A stretch of 64,000 nucleotides of DNA from an uncultured Aminicenantes bacterium (GTDB taxonomy: Bacteria; Acidobacteriota; Aminicenantia; UBA2199): positions 128,001 through 192,000 of the forward strand of contig CBDAFS010000062.1 in the NCBI GenBank assembly GCA_965195285.1. Direction: 5' to 3'. Below, piece after piece: positions 56,303 through 64,000 of this stretch (position 1 is the stretch's first letter; each line of letters begins with the position of its first letter). The notes below the pieces were generated by a model. That model was not told the origin of the DNA. It saw only the letters and a program-made list of their open reading frames with translations, and made no database searches. The position numbers were made by a program, and so were the translations under genes.

Positions 56303-58474
56303 TCAATGACTGACCTCGCTGATCAAGCGATCCAGTCGATTCCGATCACCGGGGGACAATCTACGGTATAATCTTTTTTTACACCGGGAAAAATAATGAA
56401 GGGCCAAATCTTTATCTCCGGATTTCAGATATGAGACACCAATATTGAAATAGGAATCTGCAAAATCCGGATTGCTATTAATGGCTTTCTTCCAATCCTC
56501 CTGAGCCAGGCTCAGGTTATTCTTGAAAAAATAGGCCGATGCCCTTCCATTCAACGCCGAATAGAGAACCGGATCTATCTCCAGAGCCTTATTAAAATTC
56601 CGCATGGCCATCTCGTATGCCCTTTCATCACGATTTTTTTGATAGACCACCAGGTAAAGGGAACCCATGTTGTTGTACCCCGGGGCATAGTTATGATCCA
56701 GCTCCAGGACTTGACGGTACCGGGCCAGCGCGGATTTAAAATCACCCTTTTTAAAGTAGGCCACTCCCAGGTAATTAAACACCTCGGGATCATATTGGTC
56801 TTCCTTAACACACAGCTCCAACAGGGATATGGCTTCATCGATGATACCGGCCTCGGTCAGCATAATCCCCAGTTTGGACATGAGGTTCACATTGCCGGGG
56901 TTTTTTTCCAGGCCCTGTCTTAAAATTTTTACCGCGTTTTTCACCTGGCCAATATTTTTATATATGCTTGCCATATTCCGGTAAACCAGTATAAAAGAGG
57001 GACTCTTCTCCACCACTTCCATCAATCCTTTCAGGGCATCGCTGTATTTTCCCCTCTGGTAGGCATCCAGGGCATCCAGCATTTTATTCTGAAGGGGCAG
57101 CAGGGTTTTAAGATCATCGGCCCGGGTAAAATTCTTTTTCCGGGTTGATGATCTTCCTGAAAGGTAGCCCAGGGTTTCCAGTTTCTTACGGGTGTCCGGA
57201 TCTATTTTTTTGGATCGGTTCAGCCTCAAATCGCCTTCCAATTGATTCCGAAGCTTTTTCAAGTCCGCCTTGAATTTTTTTATTTCGATCTCAGCAGCCA
57301 GGTTGGAATTTTCCTGAATATCCTGGCGCAGGTCATAAACCTCTTCGATGGGTAAGTTAATGAACTTGATATCTTCCTGAATGAAACCCCGGAGCGGTGC
57401 CCATCCACGATTCAAGTAAGGGGTCATGGACTCAAAATATATTTTTTTCTGCTGGCGCTTGCCGCCTCTGATGATAGGCAACAATGATTCCCCCTGCAGG
57501 TGGGCGGGGATTTTATAGTCGAGAAGGTCGCAAATGGTGGGAAATATGTCTGTATGGCACACATTCTCCTCAATGAATCCCCCGCTGGTCTCGGGAATAT
57601 GAATGATCAGGGGAATCAGAATGGTGTTATTGTAGGCAAAATAGGCATGGGTTTTTTCTCCTTTTTCTCCCAGGGCCTCGCCATGATCACCGGTTATGAT
57701 GATTAGGGTATCGGAATTCAACTTCCGGTCCGAAAGAAAATCAAAAAGTATTCCCAGCTGAGTGTCCACATAGGCCACTTCTCCGGAATACAAATCATGT
57801 TCATACTGTTTATCATAGGGAGCCGGGGGCAGGTAGGGTTGATGGGGATCAAACAGATGAATCCAGGCAAACCATTTTGACTGTTGCCCGGAGATCCAGT
57901 TAACCGACCGTTCGATTACTTCTTCGGCCCTTCTCTCCACAAAGAAGAAATCCATGCTGCTGTGGGTACCGTAATCATCATCATACAAATCAAAACCCTG
58001 AGCCAGACCAAAACGGGAATCCAGGGGAAAAGCACCGATAAAGGCCGCTGTTTCATACTTTTTCTCTTTCAGGTATTCAGCCACGGATAAAAATTTATCT
58101 TCCAATATAAACCCGGAATTGTCTGCGATACCGTGATAAAGGGGAGTGGTTCCGGTTAAAATATTGACATGGGAAGGCAACGTAACCGGATTGTGGGAAA
58201 AGGCCCGTTTGAACACAAAGGATTTTCGGGCAATCCCATCTAAATGGGGAGTTTTCACATATTGAGAATTCACAATGCCCAGGCGGTCATATCGCCAGGT
58301 ATCAATTGTAATCAGTAATACGTTGTAATTGTTTTTACGGACAAAATTGATTTTTTTGCTCCCGGAAACTTTTCCGGTTACCCCGGCAGCGGTATTACTG
58401 TCCCGGCAGCAGAAAAAAGATACAGCAAAAAAAACGATAGCCAGGAATTTAAAAATTTTCATCAACAAATTCAA
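56303..58474 (-). CDS. Sulfatase-like hydrolase/transferase with TPR repeats (lipoprotein)
   Basis: LITIDTWR.D, TLPSH..ILTG, DPH.PY, GDHGE and LETLGY, then TPRs; start may be 58462. Confidence 0.88.
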   Translation of the reverse strand: MNLLMKIFKFLAIVFFAVSFFCCRDSNTAAGVTGKVSGSKKINFVRKNNYNVLLITIDTWRYDRLGIVNSQYVKTPHLDGIARKSFVFKRAFSHNPVTLPSHVNILTGTTPLYHGIADNSGFILEDKFLSVAEYLKEKKYETAAFIGAFPLDSRFGLAQGFDLYDDDYGTHSSMDFFFVERRAEEVIERSVNWISGQQSKWFAWIHLFDPHQPYLPPAPYDKQYEHDLYSGEVAYVDTQLGILFDFLSDRKLNSDTLIIITGDHGEALGEKGEKTHAYFAYNNTILIPLIIHIPETSGGFIEENVCHTDIFPTICDLLDYKIPAHLQGESLLPIIRGGKRQQKKIYFESMTPYLNRGWAPLRGFIQEDIKFINLPIEEVYDLRQDIQENSNLAAEIEIKKFKADLKKLRNQLEGDLRLNRSKKIDPDTRKKLETLGYLSGRSSTRKKNFTRADDLKTLLPLQNKMLDALDAYQRGKYSDALKGLMEVVEKSPSFILVYRNMASIYKNIGQVKNAVKILRQGLEKNPGNVNLMSKLGIMLTEAGIIDEAISLLELCVKEDQYDPEVFNYLGVAYFKKGDFKSALARYRQVLELDHNYAPGYNNMGSLYLVVYQKNRDERAYEMAMRNFNKALEIDPVLYSALNGRASAYFFKNNLSLAQEDWKKAINSNPDFADSYFNIGVSYLKSGDKDLALHYFSRCKKRLYRRLSPGDRNRLDRLISEVSH

Positions 58475-58477
58475 TTA

Positions 58478-59416
58478 TTACTTGGAAAAGGCCTCAACAA
58501 TGGCTTTAGCCGTTTCAAAGTTTGGCGACTCGGGATCCAGTTCCATAAACTTTTTCAGGGCTATCAGGGCTTCCGGAATCTTATTGAGAGCCGTGTAGGT
58601 CATGCCCAATTGATAGAAACCATCAGCAAACTCATCAAATACCTGGGTTGATTTTTGAAAATACTTGATGGCATTATCGTACTGGGCTTTGTTGTAGAGA
58701 ATAACCCCGATGTTATACAAGGTATCGATATTATCAATATCTTCAAACGACACCTTTTTGAACCATGTCATGGCATCATCAAATTTATTCATATTGTTGT
58801 AGGCATTTCCGATTGAAATCAGAAGCTCTTTGTTTTTCGGGTATTTTTCAACCGCTTTGATATAGAATTCAATGGCCTTGGGATAATTTTCCTCCATGGC
58901 AAAACTGTTCCCGACATACAGGTTGACAATGGCTATCCCCTCGCTGTCTTTGTTCTTTTCCAGTATGGTAAAGAATTTTTCGCGGGCTTCGCTGAACTTT
59001 TTCTCAGCCACCAGTTTATTGGCCGCATCAATCTCTCTGAGAATAATTTCTTCCAGGGCAGGGCCTTCAACCTTTTTCAATTTGATATCAATACTTGGTT
59101 TTTTGACTCCCGGAGTGGTTTGCACAGTGAAACTGATTTTTTTGGTTTCATAACCCGCTTTTTCAAAATCAATATTCCAAAGCCCCCCTCTCAGGTACAT
59201 GGCCTTCCAATATCCCTCTTTATTTGTTTTGGGTGAAATCCGATGAAATGCCTTGGCTCTGATACAAAACAGCTTTAGGGTGACTCCTTCAATCGGCTGT
59301 CCGGTTTCTTCATCAACCACGGTACCCGTCATCTTCCCCTTGCCAGACGTTGCCTGAGAGAACAGAGAAAAAACCAGACCAAAAGCCAGCACACCCACGA
59401 TGATTGTTTTTTTCAT
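58478..59416 (-). CDS. Carboxypeptidase-regulatory-like domain + TPR protein
   Basis: Signal peptide; G.V.D..TG.PI.G and GY beta-sandwich; TPR repeats. Confidence 0.82.
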   Translation of the reverse strand: MKKTIIVGVLAFGLVFSLFSQATSGKGKMTGTVVDEETGQPIEGVTLKLFCIRAKAFHRISPKTNKEGYWKAMYLRGGLWNIDFEKAGYETKKISFTVQTTPGVKKPSIDIKLKKVEGPALEEIILREIDAANKLVAEKKFSEAREKFFTILEKNKDSEGIAIVNLYVGNSFAMEENYPKAIEFYIKAVEKYPKNKELLISIGNAYNNMNKFDDAMTWFKKVSFEDIDNIDTLYNIGVILYNKAQYDNAIKYFQKSTQVFDEFADGFYQLGMTYTALNKIPEALIALKKFMELDPESPNFETAKAIVEAFSK

Positions 59417-59561
59417 GAATACCTCCTTGGAATTAAGTTGACAAAAATCGTGTCACTAATTTTCAAGTGAAATTATACCACCATATGGGTTAAAATCAAA
59501 ACAATTTTTATGAAAAAACCGTTAACAGAAAAACCGACATAATGGTAGAGATTGCCTGATT

Positions 59562-60437
59562 TCAGGATTGAAAAATTGTACTTCGAAAGGCAAAAACCAG
59601 ATCCCCTTTCTCTAAGCCGGTATACCGGGCCACCACATCACATTTAACCTTGAAGGCAAAAAGGATGTTTTCAGCTTCGGCTTCCATGGTTTCAAAATTT
59701 CCCTGGCCCTTGGAGATGATCAAATCAGCAGCATGATAAACCGCTTTGAAATCACTACTGGATTTTACCACCCGGGTTCCGGCAAAGGTGGATCCGGTTT
59801 CCATAATGGTTGCATATTGATTGATGCCGATAAATTCAGCATCCTCCTTCAATACATCATTAATGGCCGGTTTTGACCTCACCCCGTAAAAAAAAACCGC
59901 CTGGGGGTTGACCTTTTTCATCTGTTCCAGAAACAGGAGATCAAACACTGCCTCACCCGCATTATCTGCCAGTACAAGAATTTGTTTGCCGGACAGCAGC
60001 CGGTCCCTGAATACGGAAAAATCATTGAGCGTCAACTGCAGGGATTGATATTTCTTAAACAGGTCATCATCATCATACAATTCCACCCCGCCATAATCAA
60101 TCATATTACCGATGAGGGCATAGAACACAGCGGTAAACAGCGGATCATTCGAACGCGTGATCTCATCCCGGAAATACCCTATTTTATTCATGACCATCAT
60201 ATTCTGTTCTTTTCTCAGGCCTTTATAGGGGTCTTGTACCCCGCTCACTTTTATGAATATATCGTATATATGTTCGGCAAATTCGGGAGCAGTCATGGAC
60301 AGGAAGTCCATCCGGGGAATTTTATCCAGAGCCTGGTGGAAAATGTCATTGGTTATGGCCTCACTGCAATTTAAAAAAGCGGACACCCTCAATATTTGAT
60401 TCAACACACACAACACACAGGGATTTTTCATATTCAT
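59562..60437 (-). CDS. DUF89/ARMT1-like damage-control phosphatase
   Basis: C..C, DPY...K, GN.ID, DNAGE..FD, INDV and SKGQGNFE; start at 60437 or 60431. Confidence 0.88.
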   Translation of the reverse strand: MNMKNPCVLCVLNQILRVSAFLNCSEAITNDIFHQALDKIPRMDFLSMTAPEFAEHIYDIFIKVSGVQDPYKGLRKEQNMMVMNKIGYFRDEITRSNDPLFTAVFYALIGNMIDYGGVELYDDDDLFKKYQSLQLTLNDFSVFRDRLLSGKQILVLADNAGEAVFDLLFLEQMKKVNPQAVFFYGVRSKPAINDVLKEDAEFIGINQYATIMETGSTFAGTRVVKSSSDFKAVYHAADLIISKGQGNFETMEAEAENILFAFKVKCDVVARYTGLEKGDLVFAFRSTIFQS

Positions 60438-60512
60438 TTTTCTATTCCAGCCATTATACCACAAAACACATCAAATAAATTCGAACCTGTATAAACATTG
60501 AACCCGATGAGA

Positions 60513-60559
60513 TCACCATACTTAGGTGGTATTTGGAGTCGAGCCACTATATATTGTGT
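60513..60559. promoter_or_regulatory. Tandem NrdR-box-like sites
   Basis: CCACTATATATTGTGT (60544-60559) fits acaCwAtATaTwGtgt; degenerate TCACCATACTTAGGTG starts 31 bp upstream. Confidence 0.6.
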
Positions 60560-60587
60560 GTAAAATAAAAAAAATGTGCAAAAAGCC

Positions 60588-60617
60588 TTGACAACCGGGA
60601 AGCAAAAATAATACAAT
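60588..60617 (+). promoter_or_regulatory. sigma70-like promoter for trx-amrS
   Basis: TTGACA-N18-TACAAT. Confidence 0.5.
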
Positions 60618-60690
60618 ACAATCAAAAGTCAGCTGGGAACTGATGAACAAATTGATCTATGAGCGGGTGAATTTTTTCAAGGAGAAATAA

Positions 60691-61011
60691 ATGAAAGAAT
60701 TAATTGATGCCAATGATTCTAACTTTAATCAATTTTTGGATGATCCGAAAACCATTATCGTCGATTTCTGGGCACCCTCCTGTGTGCCCTGTAAATTGCT
60801 GGAACCGGAATTGAAAAAAATTGCCTCATCTTACGATTCCCAGGTTAAAATCATTAAAATCAATGTCAATGAAAATCCAAGAACCTCATCCAAATATATG
60901 ATCAGAGGACTCCCTACCCTGCTTTTTATCCGAGATGGAAGTGTGAAGTCCCAGCTCATCGGTGCCGTAAATCCTAGAGAAATCGAACAGAAACTTCAGG
61001 AATTCATCTAA
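60691..61011 (+). CDS. Thioredoxin
   Basis: VDFWAPSCVPCK and IRGLPT; AAGGAG RBS. Confidence 0.9.
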   Translation: MKELIDANDSNFNQFLDDPKTIIVDFWAPSCVPCKLLEPELKKIASSYDSQVKIIKINVNENPRTSSKYMIRGLPTLLFIRDGSVKSQLIGAVNPREIEQKLQEFI

Positions 61012-61028
61012 ATCCTTTTCCTCCGGTT

Positions 61029-62036
61029 ATGAAAAAAGCGTTGTTGTGGATACCCCTTTCAAACCACCGGGTCAAATGCAACCTGTGTCCCCATTCCTGC
61101 AGTTTGAAAGAGGGACAGCTGGGTCTATGCATGGTCAGGAAGAATATCAAAGGTGAATTGATTTCCCTGAACTATGATAAAATTGCAGCTATCCATTCGG
61201 ATCCAATTGAAAAAAAACCCCTGTACCATTTCCTTCCCGCATCCCAATCCTTATCCATTGCCACCATGGGATGTAATTTCAAATGTAAATTCTGCCAGAA
61301 CCATTCGCTTTCAATGGTCAGTGACCAGAACCAGATATCCGGCGAGAAAAAATCACCCCGGGAATTGATCGATCTGGCCCTGGAATCCGGTTCACATTCC
61401 ATTTCCTACACCTATACCGAGCCAACTATTTTTTTTGAACTCATGCTGGAAACCGCCAAACTGGCCAAACAGGAGGGTCTGAAAAACGTCATGGTCACCA
61501 ATGGCTATATGAGCCGGGAAGCCCTTTCCATGATCGCCCCCTACCTGGATGCAGCCAATATAGATTTAAAAGCATTTACCGATGCTTTCTACCAGAAATA
61601 TTGCCATGCCCACCTGGACCCGGTGCTTGATACCATCAAACGGATGAGAGAACTCGGAATCTGGATCGAAGTCACCACCCTCCTGATTCCCGGATTAAAC
61701 GATGACCAAACCGAAGTCGGACAATTGATACGTTTTCTTCATGATCTGGATGTAAATATCCCATGGCATGTATCCCGTTTTTTTCCCCATTACCAGCTCA
61801 TGGACACATCGCCGACCAATGTCTCGGATATCACCGCATTTCTGGAATCCGCCAGAAGCAGGGGGCTGAAATATCTCTATGGCGGAAATTTTATGTCCAA
61901 GGAATGGGCCAACACCCATTGTCCTGAGTGCGGGGCCCTCTTGATTGAGAGAAATGGCTATTCCACCTTGATCCAAAACCTGTCAGCGGGAAATTGCACC
62001 GGTTGTGGAAATCCCATTCCCGGTATCTGGGAATAG
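61029..62036 (+). CDS. amrS: AmmeMemoRadiSam system radical SAM enzyme
   Basis: CNLCPHSC...G.C.VR, DPIEKKPLYHF, CNFKCKFCQN, YTEP, H.SRFFP and C-terminal CxxC pairs. Confidence 0.92.
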   Translation: MKKALLWIPLSNHRVKCNLCPHSCSLKEGQLGLCMVRKNIKGELISLNYDKIAAIHSDPIEKKPLYHFLPASQSLSIATMGCNFKCKFCQNHSLSMVSDQNQISGEKKSPRELIDLALESGSHSISYTYTEPTIFFELMLETAKLAKQEGLKNVMVTNGYMSREALSMIAPYLDAANIDLKAFTDAFYQKYCHAHLDPVLDTIKRMRELGIWIEVTTLLIPGLNDDQTEVGQLIRFLHDLDVNIPWHVSRFFPHYQLMDTSPTNVSDITAFLESARSRGLKYLYGGNFMSKEWANTHCPECGALLIERNGYSTLIQNLSAGNCTGCGNPIPGIWE

Positions 62037-62048
62037 AAGCGAGCGAAT

Positions 62049-62972
62049 TCACTTTTTTAACAGATCTGAAAATATTAGCTTAATGTAAAAACCCACATCC
62101 GGAGTCGTATCCATCGGAGGTAAATCTTCAACAATTCCGATCTCGATCTTTTTCGAAAACCGGTAACCGATATAAAGCTGGTGGGCATTACTGGAAAAAT
62201 AACCGGACTTGAAGGGCGATGTTTTTAAAATCAATCCGGCCAGGAAACCCCGAAATCCCAATTCGAGGTTGTAAATAAAGATTACGGATTTTAGACTCTC
62301 TCCATTCAGCCACTCGGGAGTATTTATAAATGAAGTATAAACGGAAGCCTCCACCCTGAAATGGTTCCGGGCAAACGTTCCCAGTATACCCCCCCCCCAG
62401 AACATCCGGTCAGAGACAAAACCGGGTTTGGATAAAAGGGGAATACCCAGAAATAACCGCCCGGACAGGTTGAAATTACGGCTGTGGCCCAGACTCTTGA
62501 AAACCGAAAAAACCAGCGGTGAACTGGTCCCGGTTGAATGATTATATAAAAAATATTCTTGAAAAAAATAATTCACCGTATTGGACGGATAGTTGTCTCT
62601 TCGGGCAGAGGGAAGGTTAAAAAAATCATGAAAAGCCTCAATCCCTCCATCCAGAAAACCGCCGCAGACTGCAAGATAGCGGTAATACAATTCAAGTGCG
62701 AATCCCTCCGATATCCCGTACCGAAAGGAAAGGGTGAAACTGGAGATTTCAAAATCAGTGATCCCGGTTTCATTAAAATCTAAAGAATAAATATTCGAAT
62801 AATCGGCCTTCAAACCGATTGATAATTGCTTCTGTTTCAAGAGCGAGCTGTCGGAGTAGGGGAAAAGAGCCAGAGATTGTACCAGGGGGAATTCCACATC
62901 GCTTTTCAATCCAACAGTAAACACAATGAGAATCAGGAAAACAAAAGTAATTCCTTTTCCATGGGTCGCCAT
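62049..62972 (-). CDS. DUF3187-like outer-membrane protein
   Basis: GGFLD..IE.FH..F.LP and terminal ED....TPD pattern; RBS supports ATG 62972. Confidence 0.7.
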   Translation of the reverse strand: MATHGKGITFVFLILIVFTVGLKSDVEFPLVQSLALFPYSDSSLLKQKQLSIGLKADYSNIYSLDFNETGITDFEISSFTLSFRYGISEGFALELYYRYLAVCGGFLDGGIEAFHDFFNLPSARRDNYPSNTVNYFFQEYFLYNHSTGTSSPLVFSVFKSLGHSRNFNLSGRLFLGIPLLSKPGFVSDRMFWGGGILGTFARNHFRVEASVYTSFINTPEWLNGESLKSVIFIYNLELGFRGFLAGLILKTSPFKSGYFSSNAHQLYIGYRFSKKIEIGIVEDLPPMDTTPDVGFYIKLIFSDLLKK

Positions 62973-63125
62973 GGCAGCTATTTCTCCTCTTGATTTAAGG
63001 CACAACCTTAGCATATTCAAATATCCAATTCAAGTCTCCTTTTCATTTCCGATCAGGACTATTGTTTTCCAACATCAATTACTTGATTTTATAATGATAA
63101 ATCGATAATATCCAGGGGGAATCAC

Positions 63126-64000
63126 ATGAAAGGAAATTCCAGAATCTATCTCATTGTCTTTTCTGCTTCCGTGTGCAGCCTGGCGTTTGAAATCACCCTG
63201 ACCCGGATCTTTTCCATCTCGCTCTGGTACCACTTTGCCTTCATGGCAATCAGTATTGCCATGTTAGGGCTGGGGCTCAGCGGTACCGTTCTGTCTCTTT
63301 TCCCCCGGGCCAGGCAAATTTCCAGAATCGATATTTACTTGATTTTGCAGGGTATTTCCATGGTCCTCGGCTACTTATTGATCAATCAGATTCCCTTTGA
63401 TCCGGTCCGGTTTCAGTGGGCGAAAATTCAGTTTCTTTATGTCGGATGTTACTACCTTATCCTGTTACTGCCATTTTTTTTCACCGGCCTGATCATAGCC
63501 ACGGCATTCCATTCCCTGAGTAACAAATCAGGGATTCTATATGCAGCCGATCTACTGGGGGCAGGAATCGGATCAGTCGGGATATTGTTCCTGCTGCACC
63601 ATCTTTCTCCGGAATACAGCCTGTTCCTACTCTCCCTGTCAATTTTTTTTCTATCCCTCTGGCTGGGAAGAAAAAAACAGAAAATAATAGCCGCGGCCGG
63701 AATTCTGTTCTTAGCCACTTTGATTTTCCTGGCACCGGATTTCATGAAAATCAGAATTTCTCCCTATAAAGAATTATCCCTGGCACTCCGGTATCCGGGA
63801 GCCCTTCACCTGAACACATTTCATAATGCCTTTTCAAGAGTAGATATATTCAAGAGCCCTGCCATTCGGTATGCCCCGGGATTAAGCTTGAAATATCAGC
63901 AGGCGCTCCCCGAGCAGATCGGGTGTTCCACCGACGGTGACCAGCTGGTTGCCCTAACCGGAATTCAGGACAAATCAAAGTTCGATTTTCTTTCTTTTCT
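63126..64000 (+). CDS. Multi-TM spermidine-synthase-like / SAM-methyltransferase fusion protein (runs off the window)
   Basis: Not in the ORF track. Reads MKGNSRIYLIVFSASVCSLAFEITLTRIFSISLWYHFAFMAISIAMLGLG, later Y.ADL.GA and SR.D; I saw no stop before the window end. Confidence 0.75.
   Translation, partial: MKGNSRIYLIVFSASVCSLAFEITLTRIFSISLWYHFAFMAISIAMLGLGLSGTVLSLFPRARQISRIDIYLILQGISMVLGYLLINQIPFDPVRFQWAKIQFLYVGCYYLILLLPFFFTGLIIATAFHSLSNKSGILYAADLLGAGIGSVGILFLLHHLSPEYSLFLLSLSIFFLSLWLGRKKQKIIAAAGILFLATLIFLAPDFMKIRISPYKELSLALRYPGALHLNTFHNAFSRVDIFKSPAIRYAPGLSLKYQQALPEQIGCSTDGDQLVALTGIQDKSKFDFLSF

Noticed and set aside
60403-60419. (CA)n-like microsatellite as a phase-variation tract
   Set aside because: Short and interrupted; it simply encodes CVLCVL, including the conserved CxxC of DUF89

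Overview
A gene-dense 64 kb bacterial chromosome segment of moderate GC with many CCGG motifs. The mix of GWxTD, sulfatase-TPR, carboxypeptidase-regulatory-TPR and exported beta-propeller proteins suggests a diderm anaerobe such as Ca. Aminicenantes or a relative of Acidobacteriota (inference only). The backbone is mostly housekeeping and envelope genes: type IV minor pilins, pilT, alaS, a CCA-adding enzyme, nnr, tsaE, a cysteine desulfurase, coaD, thioredoxins and amrS. I found no rRNA, tRNA, CRISPR array or intact transposase. The most interesting items are: (1) a four-gene operon of two AlkP-superfamily phosphodiesterases, a 62-aa ribbon-helix-helix protein with a free 'LxxLGY' tail, and a membrane protein resembling the DUF106/EMC3/TMCO1 insertases; (2) a Cyc2-like heme-porin coupled to a five-heme cytochrome; (3) an AT-rich island with degenerate REP-like repeats and a TIR-wHTH gene; (4) a probable arginine synthetase (ArcE)-carbamate kinase pair; (5) DUF362 coupled to larB; (6) tandem NrdR-like boxes upstream of trx-amrS; and (7) a sigma54 promoter ahead of an OMP-GWxTD pair. 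All calls come from motif recognition by eye, with no database searches.
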